DNA of 34,058 nt from an uncultured Veillonella sp. (GTDB lineage Bacteria; Bacillota; Negativicutes; Veillonellales; Veillonellaceae), in contig CAUSMY010000001.1 of the NCBI GenBank assembly GCA_963533015.1, forward strand, positions 1 to 34,058. Direction: 5' to 3'. Positions 1 to 8,546 of this stretch are shown here, one piece after another. The translations under genes and the position numbers were made by a program. The notes below the pieces were generated by a model, which made no database searches, had not been told where the DNA came from, and was given only the letters and a program-made list of their open reading frames with translations. Positions within the stretch are counted from its first letter, which is position 1. Every line of letters starts with the position of its first letter.

Positions 1-57
1 ACCTTGGATATATTCCTTCATCAATTCAATGTTATAGTTACTTTTTTGCAATTAGAT

Positions 58-86
58 ATTATAATCTTCTTCTATCTATTTGTCAA
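58..86 (-). promoter_or_regulatory. Consensus sigma70/sigmaA promoter firing leftward out of the window
   Basis: Minus strand reads TTGACA (86-81), a 17-nt spacer, then TATAAT (63-58): a perfect consensus. Confidence 0.8.
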
Positions 87-176
87 GAACTATTATACTG
101 AAAGTCTCTCATATATCTATAGTAGTCAAACATTTGTGACACAATCTCCTAATACATGACCATATACATAGGTATA

Positions 177-227
177 CAAAGAAGGACTTGGCACACAAAC
201 GCATTATTCGTTCGTATCCAAGTCCTT
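177..227 (-). terminator. Long hairpin overlapping the ferredoxin stop, probable intrinsic terminator
   Basis: AAGGACTTGG (182-191) pairs with CCAAGTCCTT (218-227). The inner stem ATACGAACG/CGTTTGTGT has G-U pairs on the minus strand. Followed by a short CTTTG tail. Confidence 0.55.
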
Positions 228-401
228 TTCTTTTACCATCTGGACGGCACCGACTGGGCATATGGCATAACAATCACCACAGTGAATGCACGCATCCTGA
301 TGGATAACATAGCGATCACCTTTGCGTGTAATAGCCTGTGTTGGGCAATCCATAGCACACCCTGCGCAACACACGCAGGTGTCTTTAATATGAAAGTACA
401 T
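204..401 (-). CDS. 2[4Fe-4S] dicluster ferredoxin
   Basis: Two CxxCxxCxxxCP motifs (CVCCAGCAMDCP, CIHCGDCYAICP). Start moved to ATG at 401 because AGGAGG (414-409) lies 7 nt upstream. Confidence 0.88.
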   Translation of the reverse strand: MYFHIKDTCVCCAGCAMDCPTQAITRKGDRYVIHQDACIHCGDCYAICPVGAVQMVKEKDLDTNE

Positions 402-454
402 AGGCAAGCCTCCTAGTCTTAGTATACTACGAGGCTTGTTATTCGCCTATACAA

Positions 455-3400
455 TTACCAAATATATTTTACACTTACGTTACCACGATAGCCTTTGTAG
501 TATGCGCCACCTAAGTTTCTTTCAAAACGTACATCACCGTAAATATATACGCGGTCATTTTTACGCCATTGTAAACCTAAGCCTAGCTCACCAATTGTAC
601 TGCCATACGTTCCACGGAATGCATCTTGGCCAATATGAACCTCATTGCCTTTTGTGAATGTTCTCCACACATTAGCTACGCCATAAACTGTGCGTGTAGC
701 CACACCTTCCTTGTTGTAGTTATCACGGGAGAAACGAAGTCCTAAGCGGCCTACCAGATTGGAATGTCCACCATGAGATACTTCTTTATCAGTACCATGA
801 ATGCCATGAAGTTTCGCATAGCTGTATACCAATTGTGCTTGTGGCTCGATGATGATACGTCGACGATCGTTTTCACGATTGATGTATGGATGACCGAATT
901 CAATGGAACCAGCAAAACCCCAACCAGATTGTGTTTCTCTGTCATGGCCTACCGCTTCATAGGTATTGCCAAGCCAGCTGAATTGACCTACTACATCCAT
1001 GTACTCTTCGTGTTTGTTGTATTTTGTCCGTGTAAGACCTAGGGAAAGATTGCGAACTTTGCCAACGCCTGTTTGCAAGTTTGTCACTTGTTTACCTTGG
1101 TCATCTGTATTGAAATTATCTTGGAAGTTCACCCCACCTTGTTGGTAGGCTACGTATCCACTATTAACACTTGTGGAGCCGTCTTCTTTCGTTTTCACAT
1201 TCCAATCACGGCCCAATTGAATGCCATGCGTATGCAATGTGTAGCCAAAACGATCATCGATATGGCGGCCATAATCTTTCAATACTTTTGCCCAGAATGG
1301 ATGATCATCGCCCTCTTCATGATGAGCATACATAACACGGCTCATTGGATAGGATTCCATATGACGTTGTTCATGTAATACACGTGGGTTTTCACTACGT
1401 CGTTCATGCAAGGTGCGCAAAATTTGACCCATCATACGAGAGTTCACCGCTGGCATTTGTACATAACCAGGCGTACGTTTATCTAAATTAGGCGTTTTAT
1501 TCAAGCCCATCAACGTCCAGAACCACTCATGTTTGCCGTCTTTCACACGATGCGCCAGTTTCAATTCACCAGCACCTGTTGTTTTAGCCACCCCTGTGAA
1601 AGCCCCTTCTACACTGGATTCTACATCAGCACGAACCACTGGTACTGTATTTTTCGTTAAGTCTGCTGCAATGGAACCAATGGACCCATCGATCACAGCT
1701 TCTGTGCCATCTGCTGCTACAGGTACTACTGTGGTAGAGCCTGTCGCAGTGCCTGTAATATGCACTAAATCAGATACGGAGTTAGCCCCTTCTTCATCAC
1801 CAGGAGAATCCCACTTCGTATTCATTTTAATAAGGCCATCTTTACCTGTGTAGTTACTATTCAATGTCAATACATCTGCATAAGATTTGTTAACTGTGGT
1901 GATAATACCGCCTTCATTTTTAAAATCAGAAGCAGTAGTACCATCTTTTTGTACAGTTGTCACAGTATATTCTGCTTTCGCATCATCTGTTAAGTTCGTA
2001 CCCGCATCAAGAATACCTCCATTAGATAATGTCACAGTGGTGGCTGTAGAAGTTTGAGGTCCCGTCAAATCTTCCTTCTTCGCCAATCGCCAAGTAGCTC
2101 CTGTATCTACCGTCATATTCAAAGTAGATCCTTTGTCTGCTTGGATTAAGCCTGTAACTAAAGCTTTATCTGCAATAGTGGCTGTCAATTCAGATGTAGC
2201 ACGCTTTGTCTCATCGGTAGCATCCGCATTTTCCGATTTGGCACGAATGAGCCAACCTTTTTTCGCTGCTGTAGCTTCGGATAAGTTGCCAGAAAGAGTG
2301 AATTTAGCATTTTTGACACTTTTGGCACCCCAGTCAAAACGACTTCTTAAAACACCTTCTTTACCTAACATGCCAGCGCCCCAAATTAGATCGCCATCTT
2401 TTTTAAATTCCGAATTTGTTAACACTAAATCATCAACTTCAGATGTAGTCGACAATTTTGTATTATGCAAGGCAACTACATTATTAACATTCTCTTTTCC
2501 ACGCGCTAACACTTCAGTAAATCTGAAGAATTTCGTCACAACACCTAAATTTTTATAGTCAAAGGTATCAAACACAATAGCATTCGTGCTAGATTTAATT
2601 TCCGATGCTTCTTTTGTGTTAGCCCCAGTAACAGTGAACTTTGAACCGCTATCAAATAGTCGTACCGCTCCAGAACCACGATATTCTTTTCTCTCCCATG
2701 TGACTACACCATTCGTTCCTGTAGTATCTACAGTCAGTTTTCCATTCGCTACTACCTGAGCTCCGACTCCAGCATCATCATTACCTGGTTTACCAATTTT
2801 AATACCTGCAGAGTTAATCCCATTAGCCTTTACCGTAATCGAAGTATCACCATCAAATGTAGCTTTTGCATCGGTGCCTGATACATACACGCCAACTAGA
2901 TAGTCTGCTACTTTAGCTGTACTTTTATCTTCTACGGTAATATTTACAGTACCCGTACTACGGAATTCAGGTTTTGCTCCATTGGAACGGTATAGACGAA
3001 TCCCTGACATTTGGTATCCCGTTTCAAACTTACCTCCTGAAATTGGTACTCCTGTATAATTGCCTCTTTTTGTGTCTTCCGTGTTATTAACTATTATATT
3101 AGCATTATTAACTTTAAAATTTGTTTCTACACCCTCACCGCGCCAATTATATCCAACAGCCACACCATAGGCTGCATCACTATCGGGGCTATGACCTGTA
3201 TTCGCCTCTCGATTCGACTTCGTCACGGTCACATTTAGGTTCTTAATATCGGTAGTAGACGTACCACGCACGATCATTCCTTTTGGGCGATTGTTAACAG
3301 CGGTGTCACCTGGCTTAACAGTGATCGTAAGATCATCGGCTGTTAATTTTCCGTTGATCACATTGATACCTAAACTTTCATCAGATTTATTATCCATTGT

Positions 3401-3604
3401 AAGGTCTAGGTTTTCTGCCCCTGTAATAGTCAAATGACCGCCTGCTACACCAACACCATCCTTAACAAAGGTATCAGTTCCACCTGCTACTGTTTCCTCA
3501 GCGGTATAATTCGTTTGGTTTTGCAACGCTCCATAGCTTACACTCGTCGTCAGGGCATACGCCGCTAATAACGCTCCCATTGTCATCATACTGCGTTTTC
3601 TCAT
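455..3604 (-). CDS. Type Va autotransporter (signal peptide, Gly/Thr/Asn-rich beta-helical passenger, AIDA/pertactin-like autochaperone region, C-terminal beta-barrel)
   Basis: N-terminal Sec signal (MRKRSMMTMGALLAAYALTTSVSYGA). Autochaperone-like NYTGKDG...SDLVHITGTATGST. Barrel motifs LHERR, IIEPQAQLVY and GRLGLR. Ends VSVKYIW with a terminal aromatic residue. RBS AGGAG. Confidence 0.9.
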   Translation of the reverse strand: MRKRSMMTMGALLAAYALTTSVSYGALQNQTNYTAEETVAGGTDTFVKDGVGVAGGHLTITGAENLDLTMDNKSDESLGINVINGKLTADDLTITVKPGDTAVNNRPKGMIVRGTSTTDIKNLNVTVTKSNREANTGHSPDSDAAYGVAVGYNWRGEGVETNFKVNNANIIVNNTEDTKRGNYTGVPISGGKFETGYQMSGIRLYRSNGAKPEFRSTGTVNITVEDKSTAKVADYLVGVYVSGTDAKATFDGDTSITVKANGINSAGIKIGKPGNDDAGVGAQVVANGKLTVDTTGTNGVVTWERKEYRGSGAVRLFDSGSKFTVTGANTKEASEIKSSTNAIVFDTFDYKNLGVVTKFFRFTEVLARGKENVNNVVALHNTKLSTTSEVDDLVLTNSEFKKDGDLIWGAGMLGKEGVLRSRFDWGAKSVKNAKFTLSGNLSEATAAKKGWLIRAKSENADATDETKRATSELTATIADKALVTGLIQADKGSTLNMTVDTGATWRLAKKEDLTGPQTSTATTVTLSNGGILDAGTNLTDDAKAEYTVTTVQKDGTTASDFKNEGGIITTVNKSYADVLTLNSNYTGKDGLIKMNTKWDSPGDEEGANSVSDLVHITGTATGSTTVVPVAADGTEAVIDGSIGSIAADLTKNTVPVVRADVESSVEGAFTGVAKTTGAGELKLAHRVKDGKHEWFWTLMGLNKTPNLDKRTPGYVQMPAVNSRMMGQILRTLHERRSENPRVLHEQRHMESYPMSRVMYAHHEEGDDHPFWAKVLKDYGRHIDDRFGYTLHTHGIQLGRDWNVKTKEDGSTSVNSGYVAYQQGGVNFQDNFNTDDQGKQVTNLQTGVGKVRNLSLGLTRTKYNKHEEYMDVVGQFSWLGNTYEAVGHDRETQSGWGFAGSIEFGHPYINRENDRRRIIIEPQAQLVYSYAKLHGIHGTDKEVSHGGHSNLVGRLGLRFSRDNYNKEGVATRTVYGVANVWRTFTKGNEVHIGQDAFRGTYGSTIGELGLGLQWRKNDRVYIYGDVRFERNLGGAYYKGYRGNVSVKYIW

Positions 3605-3773
3605 ACTTCTTCTCCTTGCTCGCCTATTATTACATATAACACCAGTTCAGATATATATTTTTTTATTATATATATTTTTTACTATGTTTTTATTATCATA
3701 TATCACATGTACCATTGTCAATATATAGAGTGCAACCGCATACAACTCTGCTAGACCTATTATGCATACATAC

Positions 3774-3808
3774 AAAAGAGGAATGTCCACTCATCAGCAT
3801 TCCCCTCT
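3774..3808 (-). terminator. Intrinsic terminator after the pncA-like gene
   Basis: Minus strand AGAGGGGAATG-loop-CATTCCTCT followed by TTT. Confidence 0.55.
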
Positions 3809-3845
3809 ATCTATTGTATTCTTCTACGTTATACTTGCTTATATA

Positions 3846-4379
3846 TTATTCTTCCACAATGCATTGGCACATCTTCATGGTCAATAATGCTGCCTCATGG
3901 GATTCTTGGGTCACCCCTGCACAACATTTCGGATCCACATGAAGTGGGACTTCTGGCAATCCTGCTTTTAGAATCAAAGCATTGGAAACCACGCAAATAT
4001 CCGTACATAAACCAATCAAGGTTAAAGATTCGATAGGTTCCTCTTCGTGTATTCCTTTAAGATGGGCCAACAAATCTAAGGACCCAAAGTTAGGTTTATC
4101 TAGCACATCCACCCGTTGACCTCGTTCACGAGCCACTCCCAATAGATCATCGGCAATCTCCCAACCTTTGGTGCCACAGACACAATGTTCCACTGGCAAA
4201 TGTTTACCCTCTTGGCTTTCAAGATAACCGCCATCGTGGGTATCACGAGTGAACACAATGGGACCATCAAAATTGCGAATTTTTTCACGTACTTCCGGTA
4301 CAATGGCCTGTGCCTGCGGTGAACCTAATGTTCCATCAATAAAATCATGTTGCATGTCTATCACAATCAATACGTTCAT
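3846..4379 (-). CDS. pncA: Isochorismatase-family cysteine hydrolase, nicotinamidase/pyrazinamidase-like
   Basis: IDMQHDF (catalytic Asp), DTH and HC metal ligands, K in DKPNFGS, GLCTDICV (catalytic Cys). RBS AAAGGAG. Confidence 0.78.
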   Translation of the reverse strand: MNVLIVIDMQHDFIDGTLGSPQAQAIVPEVREKIRNFDGPIVFTRDTHDGGYLESQEGKHLPVEHCVCGTKGWEIADDLLGVARERGQRVDVLDKPNFGSLDLLAHLKGIHEEEPIESLTLIGLCTDICVVSNALILKAGLPEVPLHVDPKCCAGVTQESHEAALLTMKMCQCIVEE

Positions 4380-4397
4380 AGGGCATCTCCTTTGTTA

Positions 4398-4435
4398 GAA
4401 AGTAGGCAAGGAAATGATACATTCCCTTGCCTTAC
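4398..4435 (-). terminator. Intrinsic terminator after ileS
   Basis: Minus strand GGCAAGGGAATG-TAT-CATTTCCTTGCC followed by TACTTTCT. Confidence 0.6.
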
Positions 4436-4479
4436 CTGAATTGATAGTACTAAACCTTTGACTACTTATGCTATTCTTA

Positions 4480-7326
4480 TTATCCTTTGACTACGTCAGC
4501 ACAACGAGCACATAATGTTGGATAATCCCCGTCTTGACCAACTGTGTCACGGTGAATCCAGCAACGTTCGCATTTTTCTAGCTCAGAAGGAGTTACCACG
4601 ATGGATAATGCTCCATCTTCTACTGTCACTGCGTTGGCTGGTGCATTGTCACGGCCTTCCACTACATGCGCTTCAGACACAATCAACAAGCTAGCTAAGG
4701 AAGCGCCGAATCCAGTCAATGCTTGGTACGCATCGCCATCTGCATAGACAGTGATGGATGCATCCAAGGAATGACCGATCGCTTTATCACGGCGTGCCCC
4801 TTCTAAAGCTTTTGTCATTTCGCTACGAAGGTCTAGCATCGTTGCCCAACGAGCGGACAATTCTGCATCCACATGGTCTGCATGACCTTGTGGCCAATCT
4901 GCCAACATCACGCTTTCTTCCATGCCGTCTTCTTTTGGCATGTATTGCCATACTTCTTCGGCTGTGAAAGAAAGAACTGGAGACACCATTTTAACCAATG
5001 TTGTCAAAATTTCATAGATAGCAGTTTGCGCACTACGACGAGCTACGTTGTTTTCTTTCTCTGCATACATTGTATCTTTCAACACGTCCAAGTAGAAGGA
5101 AGATAAATCTACAGTACAGAAATTATGAATTGTGTGATACAAGATGTGGAACTCATAATTTTCGTAAGCATTCGTTACTTTTTGACGAACTTCTTCTAAA
5201 CGATGCAATGCCCAACGATCTAACTCTGTTAACTCTTTATAAGCTACTTTATCAGTGTTAGGGTTAAAGTTATCTAAGTTACCTAACAAGAAACGGAATG
5301 TGTTACGGATTTTACGATATACTTCCGCCAATTGTTTTACGATGTCTTTGGACAAACGCACGTCTGCTTGGTAATCTGCAGAGGATACCCATAAACGCAT
5401 TACATCAGCACCGTGTACATCGATGATGTCGGAAGGAGCCACTGTATTGCCTACAGATTTAGACATTTTACGACCTTCCCCGTCCACTACGAAACCGTGA
5501 GTCAATACGGCATTGTATGGTGCATGACCACGTGTAGCGATACCTGTTAACAAGGAAGAGTTGAACCAACCACGATGCTGGTCAGAACCTTCTAAGTACA
5601 TAGCGCAAGGTACATCCATTTCGTTTTGTTCCAATACGCCAGACCAAGAGCTACCGCTGTCGAACCATACGTCCATGATGTCTGTTTCTTTGTGGAAAGA
5701 ATCATGTCCGCAAGATGGACATGTGAATCCTGCTGGCAATAATTCTTTCGCTTCATGAGCCCACCAAGCGTTGGAGCCTTCTTTGGCAAACCATTCTTGT
5801 AAAGAAGAGATAGTATCATCATTGATGATGTGCTCTCCGCAATGGTCGCAATAGTAGATAGGAATTGGCACACCCCACGCACGTTGACGAGAGATAACCC
5901 AGTCCCCACGATCTGCGATCATGTTATAAATACGGTCATGACCCCATTTAGGAATCCATTGTACTTGTTCGTCGATGGCTTTCAATGCTTCTTGACGGTA
6001 GCCATCCACGGAAGAGAACCATTGTTCTGTAGCACGATAGATAACAGGGTTTTTACAACGCCAGCAATGGGCATATTGGTGACGAATATTGCCTTTTTGT
6101 ACCAACGCACCATTATGAGCCAAGATTTTGATCACTGGCACTTCTGCATCGTGGATTTCAACACCTGCTAGTGGTTGTTCTGTATCACCATAACGAGGTT
6201 CATCTACTTTGGCAATGTAACGACCAGTAGCATCTACTAAGGATAAAATGTCAAAATCGATTTTACCTGCATCTTTGTAAACTTTTACTACGTTAAAGTC
6301 ATCTTCACCATGGGCAGGAGCCGTATGTACGCAACCTGTACCAGCGTCTAATGTAACGTGAGAACCTAATAAGATAGGAGCATTACGATCTGCAAATGGA
6401 TGTTTAAAGTTCGCTAATTCTAATTCGCTACCTTTAAACGTATTCAACACTTCATAGGATTCTATGCCCATTTCTTTGGTAGCTGTTTCAATTAAGCCAT
6501 TCGCAAGCAACCATGCTTCATCCCCGATTTTCACCCAAGAGTAATCTAATTCTGGGTTCACAGAGATAGCTTGGTTGGCAGGCATTGTCCAAGGAGTAGT
6601 TGTCCAGATGACGGAGAATAATTTGCTAGTATCAAAACCTGCTGGCAATGTGCCGTCAGCGCCGTTTACATAAGCAAATTTAACATAGATGGAGAAAGAT
6701 TTTTTCTCAGCATATTCAATTTCCGCTTCTGCTAAGGCAGTTTCACAATGGGTACACCAGTATACAGTTTTCAAACCTTTGTAGATGTAGCCACGTTTCG
6801 CCATTTCACCGAACACGCCGATTTGTTTCACTTCAAATTCAGGACGCAATGTCAAATACGGACGGTCCCATTCACCAAGTACACCAAAACGGATGAAATC
6901 TTTCTTTTGTTCTTCTACACAGTTCAATGCGTATTCACGACATTGATTGCGAAGATCTAATGGACTCATTTCATGACGATTCAATCCAGTGTTTTTGATA
7001 ACCGCATGCTCGATAGGAAGACCATGTGTATCCCAACCAGGAATATATGGTGTGTGATGGCCTTGCATCGTTTTATATTTCATCACAATGTCTTTTAATG
7101 TTTTGTTCAAGGCATGGCCGATGTGCAATTTACCATTCGCATACGGAGGGCCATCGTGTAAAATGAAAGACTTTTTACCTTTATTTTTCGCTAAGCGTTT
7201 TTCATAAATTTTATTATCTTCCCAAAACTTGATAAATTCTGGTTCGCGCTTTGGCAAATTGCCACGCATAGGAAATTCTGTTTCAGGCAAGTGCAAGGTC
7301 TTGCCATAATCTACTTCATTAGACAT
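4480..7326 (-). CDS. ileS: Isoleucyl-tRNA synthetase (type 1, C-terminal Zn finger)
   Basis: HDGPPYANG..HIGH, GWDTHGLPIE, WTTTPWT, GTGCVH, DWVISRQR, EGSDQHRGWF, KMSKS, CERCW...CARC. True start is ATG at 7326 (MSNEVDYGKTL) behind GAGGAG; the longer ORF-track start runs into the T-box terminator. Confidence 0.97.
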   Translation of the reverse strand: MSNEVDYGKTLHLPETEFPMRGNLPKREPEFIKFWEDNKIYEKRLAKNKGKKSFILHDGPPYANGKLHIGHALNKTLKDIVMKYKTMQGHHTPYIPGWDTHGLPIEHAVIKNTGLNRHEMSPLDLRNQCREYALNCVEEQKKDFIRFGVLGEWDRPYLTLRPEFEVKQIGVFGEMAKRGYIYKGLKTVYWCTHCETALAEAEIEYAEKKSFSIYVKFAYVNGADGTLPAGFDTSKLFSVIWTTTPWTMPANQAISVNPELDYSWVKIGDEAWLLANGLIETATKEMGIESYEVLNTFKGSELELANFKHPFADRNAPILLGSHVTLDAGTGCVHTAPAHGEDDFNVVKVYKDAGKIDFDILSLVDATGRYIAKVDEPRYGDTEQPLAGVEIHDAEVPVIKILAHNGALVQKGNIRHQYAHCWRCKNPVIYRATEQWFSSVDGYRQEALKAIDEQVQWIPKWGHDRIYNMIADRGDWVISRQRAWGVPIPIYYCDHCGEHIINDDTISSLQEWFAKEGSNAWWAHEAKELLPAGFTCPSCGHDSFHKETDIMDVWFDSGSSWSGVLEQNEMDVPCAMYLEGSDQHRGWFNSSLLTGIATRGHAPYNAVLTHGFVVDGEGRKMSKSVGNTVAPSDIIDVHGADVMRLWVSSADYQADVRLSKDIVKQLAEVYRKIRNTFRFLLGNLDNFNPNTDKVAYKELTELDRWALHRLEEVRQKVTNAYENYEFHILYHTIHNFCTVDLSSFYLDVLKDTMYAEKENNVARRSAQTAIYEILTTLVKMVSPVLSFTAEEVWQYMPKEDGMEESVMLADWPQGHADHVDAELSARWATMLDLRSEMTKALEGARRDKAIGHSLDASITVYADGDAYQALTGFGASLASLLIVSEAHVVEGRDNAPANAVTVEDGALSIVVTPSELEKCERCWIHRDTVGQDGDYPTLCARCADVVKG

Positions 7327-7342
7327 TGTATTTCTCCTCTCA

Positions 7343-7592
7343 ATAAAAAAAGCACCCGCTCCCCGAAGGGACGAATGCAAATCCGTGGTACCACCCTACT
7401 GATGATTCTTGTGAAAGTAACTCCCCAACGAATCATCGCTCAAACATATAACGGTGTCCACCGATGTGAGTACCCCCAGTATGGGCTCCCCAACATATAC
7501 TCAAAAGTGATCCGCCATACATTCACCCATGAGGCTTTCACCATCCCTCACTCGCTCGGAGCTACCTTGCATGACCGTCTTTATCAACGTAT
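7343..7592 (-). ncRNA. T-box riboswitch leader of ileS, specifier codon AUC (Ile)
   Basis: T-box AGGGTGGTACCACG (7397-7384). Antiterminator 3' side CGTCCCT. Terminator hairpin plus poly-U (7379-7345). Stem I has the AGCGA bulge and GGTGAAA loop. Specifier ATC at 7511-7509. CCGTTA box near 7453-7448. Confidence 0.92.
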
Positions 7593-7622
7593 TAACATAT
7601 ATCGTTGTCAATTACAGATACA

Positions 7623-7651
7623 ATTATATACTATCTGTGGGGCTGTTGCAA
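7623..7651 (-). promoter_or_regulatory. sigmaA promoter of the T-box/ileS transcript
   Basis: TTGCAA (7651-7646), 17 nt, TATAAT (7628-7623). Confidence 0.75.
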
Positions 7652-7786
7652 TAGGGGCAAACGCATTCTATACATGCAAGAAGAGCAAGTACTAAAAGAA
7701 TATCCATAAACTATAGTAAAGATCTAGAACAAACTAGTACATGTTTATATATACCTATAGTTAGTGTTAAAATGATAGACATGGTT

Positions 7787-7795
7787 TGATATAAT
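7787..7795 (+). promoter_or_regulatory. Extended -10 promoter element for the SUFU-MFS unit
   Basis: TGATATAAT (TGnTATAAT) about 40 nt upstream of ATG 7838. RBS AAAGGAG precedes that ATG. Confidence 0.55.
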
Positions 7796-7837
7796 GGATA
7801 TATCCACTATGTTGTAAGTGCAGAAAAAGGAGTTACA

Positions 7838-8545
7838 ATGAAGGTAAGTAAAAAAGTGTTAGTATTAACAGCTATTATGGGGATGACTTGGTTAGGAACA
7901 TTTGCAATGAATGGTGTCGCTTATACGCCGGAAGAAGTACCCCAATATGGAATGTTAGTCATAGAAGACGCGGTAGAGCTTGTGTATCCTAATAAATCGA
8001 TCTATACGAATTATGTTCCTCTGATTCGTTGGGACCTAGGAGGACCAGATCCTCTAGATAGAGTCGCCATTTATGACGGCGGAGACTATTATAAATATGT
8101 CACCTATGGATTAACTGAACTTTATGATAAAAAAAGTGAAGATAGAACAAAAAGTGGGTTTGGTATGGAATTTACCCTTAAGTTAAAGAAAGATGCCTAT
8201 GAGGATGAAGAAAAGGAACTCAAAAATGTAGTTGGGCACTTACAGACTCTTGCGAGAGCCACCAAAGAAGATGGAGAAATTTTTAAACCTTATGAATACA
8301 TTTATACAGGACAAACTTTTGGCATGGACATAGAGCATAAATCTAACATTGTTGGTTTTATTACAATTCCTGATCCAGAATTAAGAGTTGTATATAACGC
8401 TTATGGGCATGTAGATTTTATTGCATTTATTGGTGTAACGGAACAAGAATTACAAGCAGTTATGAAAAAAGAACTTACTGTAAAAGAGTTGTACGAAAAA
8501 CTTGGCAGTGATGTAACAAGTTATACTAGAAAGTCTGTGATATAG
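7838..8545 (+). CDS. Suppressor-of-fused (SUFU) domain protein with N-terminal signal peptide
   Basis: SUFU motifs W..GGPDPLD, YVTYGLTELY, SGFGMEFTLKL, G.VDFIAFIGVT..EL. N-terminus MKVSKKVLVLTAIMGMTWLGTFA resembles a Sec signal. Confidence 0.8.
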   Translation: MKVSKKVLVLTAIMGMTWLGTFAMNGVAYTPEEVPQYGMLVIEDAVELVYPNKSIYTNYVPLIRWDLGGPDPLDRVAIYDGGDYYKYVTYGLTELYDKKSEDRTKSGFGMEFTLKLKKDAYEDEEKELKNVVGHLQTLARATKEDGEIFKPYEYIYTGQTFGMDIEHKSNIVGFITIPDPELRVVYNAYGHVDFIAFIGVTEQELQAVMKKELTVKELYEKLGSDVTSYTRKSVI

Positions 8546-8546
8546 T

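Noticed and set aside
1..21. Possible truncated CDS starting ATG AAG GAA TAT ATC CAA GGT (MKEYIQG) on the minus strand
   Set aside because: Only 7 codons visible and no SD; it could equally be leader RNA.
134..144. TTGTG-A-CACAA palindrome, Rex-operator-like
   Set aside because: Spacing does not fit TTGTGAA-n4-TTCACAA, and it is too short to exclude chance.
3650..3700. Poly-T/TA tracts upstream of the autotransporter as a phase-variation switch
   Set aside because: Tracts are short (7 nt or fewer) in very AT-rich promoter DNA, and there is no evidence of slippage.
4480..7326. Mupirocin-resistant (type 2) IleRS
   Set aside because: Length, HIGH motif and C-terminal Zn finger indicate the ordinary type 1 enzyme.
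7291..7695. 134-aa plus-strand ORF, and the 18-codon N-terminal extension of ileS
   Set aside because: Both overlap the T-box leader and promoter; no RBS or recognisable motif.
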